From: Nitrospirales bacterium
GTDB lineage: Bacteria > Nitrospirota > Nitrospiria > Nitrospirales > UBA8639
Direction of reading: 5' to 3'
Assembly: GCA_965203295.1 (NCBI GenBank)
Contig: CBDBCZ010000017.1
Coordinates: 512,001-576,000, forward strand
DNA length: 64,000 nucleotides
The position numbers were made by a program, and so were the translations under genes. Below are positions 24,487-35,535 of the stretch, piece by piece. The notes under the pieces are model-generated. The model saw only the letters and a program-made list of their open reading frames with translations. It had not been told where the DNA came from and made no database searches. Numbering within the stretch: position 1 is the first letter of the stretch; every line of letters begins with the position of its first letter.

Positions 24487-25869
24487 TTATAACTCGTTAT
24501 CTGAAAGAGAGTCAGTAACCAAAGGAGGGTGAAACAAACTGAGTGCACAACAAACTCCCCATATGTTATCTACAGAATTTACAAGTGTTAGTGGTACAAC
24601 ATTTTTCAAAATGTGATACTGCTTGATGCGGCCAATAGCTCTCTCTACGTGAATTCGAAGGGATGCTATTTGACGCGTAAGAATAACATTCTTCTTAGAA
24701 AGCTGTTGATGATTCTTTAAGAATGGGGGGATATTTAGCTTTGCACCACATACTAGTACATCATACGCAATATCAAAGCCTTTGTCAGCCATAATCGAGT
24801 CTCCAGGTTCAATAAGTTCTAGTATGCCACAATCACGGGTAAGTGCTTGATCTGAAACTGACCCAGCATATAACTCCGATAAAAACGTAACAGCTCCTGT
24901 AGGACATATGCCAACTAAACCCTTAAAAGTGTTGTGGTGCTTGTAAGATGAGTAGGTCAGTGACTGCACAGACATGGACGAGGGTACTTCAGTAAGTATC
25001 TCAGTACAATCAATAATAACTCGGGTAGTGGGGTAAAATTCTTTAAACTGCATAGGCATGTGTGCATCAATAACTGCCCTTGACGGCCATGTGATGAGGG
25101 GTCTAAGTTGCTGGTTCAGAAACTTGAGCCAGGTTACACAAATACGAGATACTGTAGCAATGCCAATATCAAATCGATGAGCTAAATCTTGTTCCAATAA
25201 TCCCAGTCGCAGCCGAACTAATACAAGGAATAGTTCATCAATGGGTTGCAATACCCGGGCTCGTGGTTTAAATGTCTGGGTAGAGGTACTCTTAATATCA
25301 CTACGGCATAAACGTAGGTAACACAGTAGCGGCTCAAGATATCTATAAAGGCACATGAGCACAGGATATGATGAAAGGCCAGTGTAAAACTGTATATCTG
25401 CATCACTTCCTTCAAATCGCTTCAGGAGGAAGCGCTGGGATGTCAATGTTCTTACTTCCTCTTCGAGCCTCAAAACATCTGCCTGCAGCTGCATAATTCT
25501 TTCTTCATGTTTTTCAATTTCATTCTTTGCTACGTCTAGCTCTACCTCAGCTGGTGTTGGAAGCTTTTCTGGCTTTTGCTTTTTGGAAGGTATGGGGTAT
25601 CGAACAGTAGGAGGGTGTCGCTGCTTCACTGATTTACTCCATGGAAAAATAGTTGGGATTTGGGAATTAACTGTTTTTTCACTTCCTTCAAAATGCAGGC
25701 TGCAAATTCTAGAGTTCTCACTCACACTGATATGTCTTTTAATACTAACTAACCACTTGTATCTCTGGTCAGGTTCTTGGGGTAGGCGATGAAATTTGAC
25801 ACCCTCAAACTCAGGCCTATCACTCCTGCTACAGCACCCCGGTATGCTGCAAATCTGATGTCGAGGCAT
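24487..25869 (-). CDS. THAP - HTH - DDE_Tnp_4 (Harbinger-type) transposase, 460 aa
   Basis: THAP CSIPGC..FHRLP..W..ICSLHF..IPTIF; LVRLRLG HTH; IIDCTE, MADKGF, RIHVERAIGRIK catalytic D-D-E. Confidence 0.95.
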   Translation of the reverse strand: MPRHQICSIPGCCSRSDRPEFEGVKFHRLPQEPDQRYKWLVSIKRHISVSENSRICSLHFEGSEKTVNSQIPTIFPWSKSVKQRHPPTVRYPIPSKKQKPEKLPTPAEVELDVAKNEIEKHEERIMQLQADVLRLEEEVRTLTSQRFLLKRFEGSDADIQFYTGLSSYPVLMCLYRYLEPLLCYLRLCRSDIKSTSTQTFKPRARVLQPIDELFLVLVRLRLGLLEQDLAHRFDIGIATVSRICVTWLKFLNQQLRPLITWPSRAVIDAHMPMQFKEFYPTTRVIIDCTEILTEVPSSMSVQSLTYSSYKHHNTFKGLVGICPTGAVTFLSELYAGSVSDQALTRDCGILELIEPGDSIMADKGFDIAYDVLVCGAKLNIPPFLKNHQQLSKKNVILTRQIASLRIHVERAIGRIKQYHILKNVVPLTLVNSVDNIWGVCCALSLFHPPLVTDSLSDNEL

Positions 25870-26386
25870 GGGAATTGGGCTCAGGCGTTCAATTGAGGCT
25901 GTGAAATCTTTCAGTTCTATTCAAAGTTCGACACACGCAATAGAGTCTTCAGGCAACTACTATCCACGACCGCAATAGAAATCCCACTCTCTTACAAACA
26001 GCGCGTTCTCATTCTAGAATACAATAATGTGGCCCCACAAATTCAAGTTAAATAAGCAAAGTACTCACCTAGCAACACTTTCCGCGGGTTTCTTCGCCTT
26101 TTCCAGCTGCTGGACTCCAAGAAAACTGAGGTCTTCCCGCTGCGTTCCGCCATTCTGCGACGCTTCGAATTCCAATTAGTGCCCACTATTACCCCCCAGA
26201 CGTCATAATTACGTAGCAATGGATAAAGGTCTATTGGTCGCTATGCTCTCGCGCGCGCCGCTTTTTTTCCGTCTCCCTATACCCGGGAAAGCCGTAGGCA
26301 TGGTGTGCCCGGCGCCAGTTTTAAGCTGGTTGCTAAGTTAAACTGATAACCAAGCAACTACATGGCCATGTTTAATCACAGCAGAT

Positions 26387-29300
26387 ATGGCAGCTATAAA
26401 GCGAGGTTCTTCTGTGTGCGGAGGTTGTGGAACCAGCAACGGAAATAGAGCAGTTGTCTGTAAAGGATGCAGCAAAACACTTACTAACAAGACTAAGCGT
26501 CCGAAACCGGAGCCTGTTGCTCAGTATAGCTCGAATGTCACGTTCCTGTTAGATGCTGAGCTTAAAGTAGAAATTGCAACCGCCTATTCTGTTCGAGTAC
26601 GACCTCAAGGACCAGACTACAGATGTTTTATAACAAAAGGCACTGACGGAGCTTGGAAGTGTACAAACAAAGAGTGTGAAGTTGTGCGGCAAGGAAGGGC
26701 TCGGTCGATGGGAACTGGTAAGCATTATACCTTCAGTGGGTGGAGCTGGTGCAAGTATAGCAGAAAATTATAATTCACGTTGTATATATCAAAGGTGCAT
26801 GGATGCATATGCCATGAATTATCTCTTTCAATATTATAGATACTGAAAATTCTCATCCTGGACCAGGCTGTTGTCATGTAGAAGTGGCAATCCACTCCAT
26901 GTCGGCGCCAAAGCCACTCGAGTTAAAGTTAGATACACTATCTAGCTTTCCATTCCCCACAAGTGTACAGCAGACACTGCAGGAAATGGTGTCTTCTTCA
27001 GAAAACACAGAGCCAGCAATCATTCAGCGTGTGTCAGAAAAGTCATTCGTCATTCGCACTCCTGAAAAGAGCTTTCAGACACCACTGAAGCTCCTTCACA
27101 TACGCTTTGACAGTCAGAACAAGTTTCACTGTCAGTGCTCTCAGTTTAAGAAAACCCAACAGCTCTCTTCTGCACCGACAGCACCCAAACTGTCTAAGCG
27201 ATGCATCCACCTCTACATTTGTATGTGGGCATTCCTCTCCTGTCCGAGTCTTCAGCAAGAGTTCTCCATGTATGTGCATCTGCTTCAGCAAGGTATGCAA
27301 AGTATTGTGGCAAAAGTATTTGGCAATACTGATTGCATTAATTCATATGCCATATTTATATATTTTTATAATTATAATTATGTAATTAAAGATATGTATT
27401 CTCAATTCCAACCTAAACAGCTGTCTTAAGAAATATATTATTATACTGGCAGTTTGAGGTTAATTTTCTGAGACAATTGTTCTGGTTAGAATTGAGGATA
27501 ACACTACTACGTAGCCAACCAAGAATTTCACTTCAAAATTATATATCAGTAGTGCATGTGTGCAAGAATGGATATCATTGAGTAATTTCACAATGCATAA
27601 TATACAAACTATAATTATATGCAGGTGTGCTGCCAACTGGTATTGCAACTGAAACCATGACTGCACGAGGTGAATCGCAGACCTCAGGTACATTGATTGC
27701 AATGTATATGTAATCATAATGTGAACATTAATTTAATTATGAACTGCATTATTGTATTCCATGCAGGAGAGCCTCCTGCAAGCTCTGGTAGAGTTGGAGT
27801 TCCAGAGAGTGTTGACGTTTTGCTGAAACACACCAAGAAGATACCAGAAAGTCAAGCAGCGCTCCAGCCTCTTTTTTCCCTTATCCAGGAGAAGAATGCC
27901 AACTTAGTCCTGCAAAGGAAAGGCGTGGCAGTCAGTGGGGAAGTAAGTTAACCAACCCAATTGAGCTGCAACAAGCTACAATATAATTTGTGCAGCCAAT
28001 TAAGTCTTCTATATCTACCATTCATAAAAATAGGTTTGGGAAACACTCTATCAGCCTTCTGACACAAAGTGTGTTGTGTGCGATGGTGACCTTAGTAAGG
28101 CAATGCACATTCCTGGAGGCAGAGGGAGATCCTGGCTGCTGTGTAATGAAGGACTGCTACAGGTTGAAATGCTGTTGAAGCAATGCCAAAACCCGAACTG
28201 TCGAGCAAGGCACAGCTTTCGAGACTGGAAAACAGGTAATGCAGTTTCTTCAGTCACATGCATTGACAGCTATCAACGTAGCTATATGTAATAATTCTTT
28301 CTGCTATATTAGGAGTATTCAATGTCAGCAACAAACTCCTTGTGTGTATTGACATTCTATTGAGGATGAGAGAGCACATCCAGAAAGGGGAACCACCTGG
28401 CAATTGTGCGGATGCTGTGATCCACTCTTCTCTCCAGATGCCCCAGGCACCTCAGTTGCTAGAAGAACAAGTGCGATATGTGGTTGAGAAGTTGTATGAT
28501 GGGTTCTTTGCTTTTGAGGCCATGACTGACAGAGATTGGGATTCGGGTATTTGTGGAATCTGTGGTATATGCCCCCTGTTTGAGAGTGGTGATGGAAACT
28601 GTAAAAACTGTACCCCACTGACAAACAGCATGGTAGGTGATAAATACAGACTGCATGTAGCTTTGGATATCTTCTTACACACTCTATCTTTCCTTGTAGG
28701 TGGTGTGGCCAGTTCTTAGTGAAGTGGATGCAAGTGTGGATACTGTTGATGTGGACAAGTGGTGGACGTATGTGGATAGCAAGGTTGTGGAAGCAGCTGT
28801 GTTCAGGTCATCGACATCTGAGCCAGTCAGTAGCACAGATATAGCACCGTGGATTCCACCAAGTTGCAGAAGCTCCACCATCCTAAACACGGAGCACCTT
28901 AAGGCCTCTTCCTGCATCACTGACCCTCCAAATAACAGGCCATTTGGATGCCCCAAAAAGCTGTCGGAATTGGTCAGAAAAGGTAGCTACAATCCCTTGG
29001 AGTCACACACCATGACAGTGCCAGAGCTGAAGGTGATAGCAGCAGAAGTGGAAATTCCATCCTCTGTGGGATCTACAAAGGTATAGCATATACTCGCAAA
29101 TTGAGAAATTCAATTCCATTTATCCACATTTTGTAACCAATATAAATGTGTTATGTACAATAAAGTAGTAGGCTAATTATATCTCCAGCCACAGCTACTG
29201 AAGCACTTAGACAGACTGTACTCATACCTGATTCAAGGAAAGAGTGAGTGCCACACCTTTGAGGCAGTCCCAAAGTGCTCTGGAGGAAAGATCTTTAAAA

Positions 29301-30257
29301 ATTGTCACCATCAGGTAAATGCTGAGTATAAAAATTTAATTCTGACAACTCTACAGTACATTTTGGATGCATTATACATCAAAAGTTATGGATAAGTGCA
29401 AAAGTTGGGTGCATGTGAATCAGTGATAGTTAGTACATCCTCCAATGATTGCATACCCTCCAGGTTGTATCAGCAGCAAAGTTTGTAATGAGAAAGGAGA
29501 GCACTAGAGATCATGTAGACCTGCTGCTGTCTTCGAAACACTGGCCTGTTGTATTTGCAGTGGACATGGCCTGCGATGTTGCGGCTCATTTAGAAGTTCG
29601 CCTTCCAAAGCTTGCCACTGCTCTTTGGGGGGAAAGAAGGGCATGCTTTCAGAAGCCACATCCCCGAAGAGAGCCACAGGTTTGTATGCACATGGGCGAA
29701 AGTGGCAAGCAGTCTTACGTATATCAACCACAATGTACTCTTTTTTGTTTTAGGTCATTCAGCACCCTGAGTTCACAGCTGCTGTAAATCTGCCGACAAT
29801 CACATTGAATAGTATGGAGGGTGCCAGACAAGACCACACTTACAGCAGAAGTATGATTCATCCGCTAACAAATGCAGTTGACCGTTACATCGTCGGGGAC
29901 AGGTTTCACGATGGTCCCAAGACATCAGGCCACAAAAAGAGTACATGCAGTTATCACAACATAGACCTGTGTCCAGAGTTGATCAGCTTTCAAAGCATAA
30001 CTTCTGAGGTGTTGAATTCCAAGATAAAATCAACACGACTTCAGTCAAGCAACCAACAAAACCTGCATCATTACTTCTTCTACAACCGCCTGATGGATCA
30101 TTGGAACAACTTGCAGATTGTTCATAAGCAATGGCTCCAGATGCATAAGAGAACTAAACCAGGAGAAACCGTGGCTAGAGATGTGTTTCACCGCTTCTGC
30201 TATGTGTGCACCAAGTGCCACAAATGTGGACATGTAGAAGCCAATTGCCTCCAATAA
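26387..30257 (+). CDS. KDZ/Zisupton-type transposase with C2orf42-like N-terminus and HMGXB3-like C-terminus (~923 aa); exons 26387-26717, 26840-27292, 27625-27687, 27767-27942, 28034-28235, 28313-28632, 28700-29080, 29189-29314, 29464-29679, 29754-30257
   Basis: Ten GT-AG exons sum to 2772 nt with no stop. Motifs: CGGCGTSNG..C..C, YSVRVRPQGPDYRCFI, FHCQC..RCIH, Cys cluster CGICGICP, GDGN, SAP-like ELKVIA..TKPQLL, CHHQVV..ESTRDHVDLL..HWP..VDMAC, DRFH..GH, SEVLNS, YNRLMD, C-terminal CCHC knuckle. Confidence 0.88.
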
Positions 30258-30412
30258 TATTGCATGTCATGCTGTAGGAGTAGCTATGTGTATAAAAGAG
30301 AAGGCACAACATAACATATTATTGCCAATCATTCACTAACTACTATCTCTACTTTGCACCCTCAATAGCCTTACATGCACCTAATACAAGCTGCATGTAT
30401 AGTTTAATCCTA

Positions 30413-30690
30413 TTAACCCTATCCATATAGCCCTAGCCTTAACACTAACCTAACCCTAGCTCTAACCCTCAACCAATGCATATAACCCTAATCCTAACCT
30501 CTTTAACCTAACCGTATATAATATTAGCCCTAATGTCCCTAACCCTAAACTTAATCCTAACCTTAACCATAACCCTAACCCTAACCCTAACCCTAACCCT
30601 AACCCTAACCCTAACCCTAACCCTAACCCTAACCCTAACCTTAACCCTACCTAACCCTAACCCTAACCCTATAGCCCTAACCCTAGCTAA
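30413..30690. repeat. Interstitial telomeric-type tract (CCCTAA)n
   Basis: About 11-12 perfect units at 30570-30640 with degenerate flanks. Confidence 0.95.
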
Positions 30691-30889
30691 ACATCCATCT
30701 ACCCCACCCCCCTCCCTGGTGGTATAAATTTATCAATATAATACCCTGACTGAGACTCATGCGTATCTGATTGATCCATTGATGAAACAGTATCTAAAAG
30801 TACTTGTAGATAGTTGTAGAGACAGAAGAGAATTAGAATGAGAAACCGAGCATAAGTACACTCACATTCTCATACGTAACTAAGGGGTA

Positions 30890-31370
30890 TGTACCCCTTA
30901 GTTATTGCTTATTTGTGCCTTATAAATGCTCTTTCTGTTTAGGAGTTTGTAGTAGCATGATGTAGTTATGTGTTTGGTTGGTTTCTGGTCATAATTATTT
31001 ATGTTGGTTTTAAATTATACCCCTACTTATTGCTTTTTTGTGCATTATATAGCTAGGCTCTTGTCTGTTTAGGAGTTTGTTGTAGCATGATGTAGTTCTG
31101 TGTTTGGTTGGTTTCTGGTTATTATTATTTATGTTGGTTTTAAATTATACCCCTTACTTTTTGCTTTTTTGTGCATTATATAGCTAGGCTCTTGTCTGTT
31201 TAGGAGTTTGTAGTAGCATGATGTAGTTATGTGTTTGGTTGGTTTCTGGTCATAATTATTTATGTTGGTTTACCCCCTAGTTATTGTTTATTTGTGCATT
31301 AAATGTGTGCTGTTGTCTGTTTAGGAGTTTGTAGTAGCACAATGTAGTTGTGTGTTTGGTTTGTTTTGTT
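30890..31370. repeat. ~130-bp GT-rich tandem repeat, about 4 units
   Basis: CTGTTTAGGAGTTTGT.GTAGCA..ATGTAGTT.TGTGTTTGGTT recurs four times. Confidence 0.93.
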
Positions 31371-31948
31371 GGCTGTAGCTATAGCTACATGTAAGTACAT
31401 TTTTTCCTTTCTCTGATTTGTGTATAGTTATCTTAGTAATGGCTCCTGTAGCTTGACTTTAGTTTGCACACCACTCTATTGGTTCAACAGTATGTTTGTA
31501 GAGTTGTGCAATTCTTGGCGTAAGGTTTCTGTAAATTTTATCCCGAGACACTTACCCCGAGCTTCCAAATACACGAACTTTCCGCAGACTCATTATATAC
31601 CCCGAGACTCCGCTCGAATTCATGGGTTTAATTTTCGCGCGGCTATCGTTAATCATTTTTCGCGCGGTCGTTAATTATTTGCGTAGGAGTGCAACTCGAC
31701 CAATCACATTGCCGTTTTGATAAGAGCTGCGGTACTGTTGCTAGGCAGTAGCTGTCACGTGATCCCAGTTCAAAGTTCAAAGGTTAACAGCCCCAACAGT
31801 TTACGTACTTACGTATGTTGCCAGACGGACTTTCCGCGAAATTTCCGTCAGGGCACGAGACTAGTGTGGCAGGGGAATGTGGTGAAGCCGTAGAGCACGC
31901 ATATTCATTAACCGCGCGGGCGGCGCTTTAAGTAAATAGCACAGCTAA

Positions 31949-32289
31949 GGGGGCATCTCCAAATGAAAATTCTACGCTTAGCGTCATAGTGACGTTAAAA
32001 AATACCCCCCCCCCCCTTAACGTCACGCATACATAATCATGCCTTCTGTTTTCCTTTGCAGTACTGGCAGCAAATACTTCAACGAACTTCTGATAGGTGT
32101 CTATCACGTTTTTGTATACAAAATACTTCTTGGAAGGCAGAGCTTCACGGAACAATGTAGTCTGCCGCAGCATGCCTACGCCGTCACAGAACGTGCTCAC
32201 GCGACTGCAATTTTTTACGCCACGGCTTAAACCCCCCCCCCCCCCCCCCCCCCCATCGTCACTATGACGCTAAGCGCAGAATTGCCACC
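31949..32289. mobile_element. Harbinger/Tourist-like MITE
   Basis: Inverted AATTCT.CGCTTAGCGTCATAGTGACG repeats; GG..CC ends flanked by TAA on both sides. Confidence 0.7.
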
Positions 32290-32675
32290 TAAGTGTTGTA
32301 GATTCAGCGCATAGGGGTTCCCGCAAACATGCAATTACTGCCAATAATCACGTTTTAATTGCTCCGCTAACATTCTGGCGGAGCGGGGTGAAGTAGTAAG
32401 CCCATTTACCAGACCCTCCTTCCTTTCCTACTTTATCGACGGGGCATGTGTTTGTGGAGGGTCTGGGAACGAGACTAAATAAGAACTGCTAGACCTTCGC
32501 GTGGAGGCGGGTCTAGCTCGATAGACTATCAGTTGGCAGTGTCAGAGATACGTCGACACTCGGGCTCACTCAGGCTGACAGGTCTGTAATCTGCGCTAGA
32601 TGCTTACTTCATTTGGTATGATTGGTGCTTTATTTAGGCGACAGTTATATTGTGTATACATACAGAAGCTGCGTA

Positions 32676-33694
32676 CAGAGGTTGGCAAGTTGGTTTTTCA
32701 CAGGAGAGGGCAATAGGCAGTGGCTCTCGAGAATTTATTAATTAGGTTAGGCTGTCAGAATCAAAGGCCAACAGTTTACACATAAAAAAGAGTGCTGTTA
32801 TGGTATTTTCTAAAGAGGTTAATACAGGTGCTTGTGGGGAGATAAAGACATTCCAGAGGTTGTATTAAGTTACTGTTACTTGGGGATTGAATTAGTCTAT
32901 CCAGCTACATGTAGACCCTCCTCTGCACTTAGCTTGAAGAGGGTCTAGCAGAGCTCATTAGTATTCATACTTCACAGCTATTGTAGCAACTTCACACATA
33001 CTAAGTATTGTGCAGCCAGCTATATATAGCTTACTGAAGCCTTAACGTTCAGGTGTTGCTACTTGCTAGTAGCTGAAATCAGCTACTAAATCTGATTGGT
33101 CAGCTAGTCATGAATACTAATAAGCTCTGCTAGACCATCCTCAAGCTAAGCGCAGAGGAAGGTCTAGCTCGATAGACTAGGATTGAATTTGCTAAGAATG
33201 GTTCATGGTATAGTCATGTACAGAAGGTAATTGCCGAGCGTCTTAGCGCGAGGCAACTAATCCTGTCGTATCTCAGCAAGCGTGTGTCACGCTTAGGAAT
33301 GCAATTATACTGCGTACTGCGCATGGCGTGGCCGGCCCTTTGTGGCTCAGTTCTCACGTGCTACTTCCACGCGCGTTGGCTGAAGTCAAGTCACGGACGA
33401 CTTGCTACACTACGCAAAAGAAAGCAACGAGCGGAATACAAAACCGAAGCTAAAAGACCAAAGAGTGCGGAATCACAAGACCAGAGGTGCGTACACTTAT
33501 TAGCTAACAACTGTTGCTCTTTTTCGCTGAAAAACAGAAGTCCACCGCGTGAATTTTCGCCTTTGGAGAAGGATGCGCCACCGTGCTTAGATCGTCGAAC
33601 TCATCGAATTCTCATGCATTTTCAGCTATTTCTCCTTTCTTTCTGTCGAAGTTATCAACTGGACTGCACTGGACCACAAACCTGCAAACCTCTG
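32676..33694. mobile_element. TA-flanked MITE (CAGAGGTT.GCA TIR) containing nested insertions
   Basis: Same family as the short copy at 51489-51644. Confidence 0.65.
32893..33179. mobile_element. AcademH-like MITE with long TIRs and 9-bp TSD GGATTGAAT
   Basis: TAGTCTATC...GATAGACTA termini, perfect flanking 9-mer. Confidence 0.85.
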
Positions 33695-35100
33695 TACATA
33701 GCCTATGGTGCAATAGATAGATAGATAGATAGATAGATAATTATTAATGTCTCGCCACTTGGGCAGCAGGCCAAAACTGGCCTATGAGACAGTGTGCACA
33801 TACACGATAGGTGGTCACAGTCATACACACATCTACAAAAAGAAAGCATATTAATAAGGACATCAGAGAAGAGAAGAGACAGAATAGTGGGATTAGTGGG
33901 TGAATGGCGAGTACAGATACCACTATTTTTTTTTTTTCTTCACAGACACCAGACACAGATCAAAACCACACAGCAATGGTAATTTACAGCCGACAAAAAG
34001 CATGATGGGAATAATACAAAATTTAATAAAAGTACAAATAAAATGGATGTATGACTTGAATTGGTTATAGTTTTTGTTTCAAAAAGTACAAAACAGCGTA
34101 GCGTACAGCATATCGATGGGACTGACATAAAACAATAGGAGCAGAGACATGAGTGTATAACCTTAGCCAGTGGATAGATGCAAGTGTGGGTCAGTTTTCC
34201 CTTACAAATCGGGATATAAAGGAGCAAAAGGTAGTCCGTGGGAAGGGAGGTATTGTGCAGTGACTTAGATACTAAACAAATACTTCAGTGGAATCTAAAG
34301 AGATATTCATGGGTATTTGCGTTTGAGTGCTTGAAGCGACTGAACTTACTCATGTACGTAGTTATCTATGCATGAGTGTTTGTACGGAACCTAATGTCGA
34401 GCTTTGTGGCTGATTATTACAACGTTGCCATTAGCAGTACAGCATGCATGCATGTGCACGTAGTACTGCATGGGTGAAACATATAGGCACTCTGTATGCA
34501 TTATCACACATCTCTTCTCAGTAAGAAGAAATACAGGTGTGATATTGCAGACTTTACATGTACATTCTGAAATAGTTACAGGTGGTCATGCCTGAAAGCT
34601 ATATAGTGTAATTGTTTTGACCTCTTAGCGGGTACCTGAATGACGGCTGAGCAGGAGTGTATGAATAGCTAAGTAGGAGTTAGAATTTCATCATGTAGAA
34701 TTGAATTTCATCAGGCAAGTGAGCATATTTAATTTAATTGGTAAGGCAAAAAGAATAATAGGTGTAACCTCCGAGAATGAAAGAATATAGAATAATGGGC
34801 ATGCAGATAAAAAAGAAGAATTTATCAAGGTTTAATGCAGTAACAAGTGAAGGAGGAGTTCTGCTTCTAATCTGCATGGTATATGAGCATGCAATAACAC
34901 ATGTTGCATGCTCCAGCCGTGCATGTAAGGGGCGGAACTGTATGATACCCGTGAATTTTATATCATCATGGCATCACAGCCAAACAAAAAAGGCTGCTTA
35001 TCTCAGTTAGACTATCTCAGTCAGCTTCAATACTAAGCTATGCTTGTAGCCAATTTCTAGAGTAAACGATTAAGTGAAGGCATGCAAATATGCGCAGCTA

Positions 35101-35438
35101 TATATGAAGGGCTCAGAACCAAAGTGGGCCAATGCAAAATCATACTGGTGAATTGCACAAAAATACAATTTCAGCAGAAGTGCATCACTAATGTGTTTTC
35201 AAATTCTTGGTCAATAATGCAAAATGCTTAACTAAGAACTGTGTAATTAGCAATTGCCCTAATTTGCTCATCGCTAATGACTCTTGGCTGTGTTCACTCA
35301 TTTGAAACTCACACAACCCACTGGTCAAGATGGCAATTCCTTTCTTACTGTGGGAGTGTGGGCATGCATGAGACACAGTTTGGAGGGGCTAATTTAATGT
35401 TTGTGGGTTAGCCCACTATGCTTCTCAACCCTTCATAT
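35101..35438. mobile_element. MITE with ATATGAAGGG..AGAA TIRs
   Basis: ATATGAAGGGCTCAGAACCAAAGTGGGC ... GCCCACTATGCTTCTCAACCCTTCATAT. Confidence 0.7.
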
Positions 35439-35535
35439 ATACATACATGTATACCATTACAAGAATCTAGAAGTACAGCTGCACTATATTCTCTTAATTG
35501 TAGCTAGCTAACAACACTCAATCATGCAGGTGCTG

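Larger units (their letters stand above)
23028..26232. mobile_element. ISL2EU-type PIF/Harbinger-superfamily DNA transposon, apparently intact
   Basis: ~76-bp near-perfect TIRs (AG[G/A]CCTTTATCCATT[A/G]CTACGTAATTATGACGTCTGGGGGG...), 2-bp AT TSD, two convergent genes. Confidence 0.92.
10495..31800. mobile_element. Putative large KDZ-transposase + helicase DNA transposon (~11 kb after removing three nested insertions); boundaries approximate
   Basis: Divergent gene pair; imperfect inverted motif 10519-10570 vs 31698-31745; subterminal tandem arrays at both sides; exact termini and TSD not identified. Confidence 0.55.

Noticed and set aside
26387..30257. Calling this gene the host HMGXB3 or C2orf42 ortholog
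   Set aside because: No HMG box, C2orf42 similarity only N-terminal, catalytic motifs retained, mobile-element context
30413..30690. True chromosome end
   Set aside because: Short, degenerate on both sides and followed by 33 kb of ordinary sequence
9255..31863. TAGTCTCGTGCCC (9255) and GGGCACGAGACTA (31863) as TIRs of one 22.6-kb element
   Set aside because: These are ends of an abundant MITE family; the flanks show no TSD and the match is only about 13-16 bp
33960..34345. Possible decayed LINE 3' end on the minus strand
   Set aside because: Only a vague resemblance, no convincing motif
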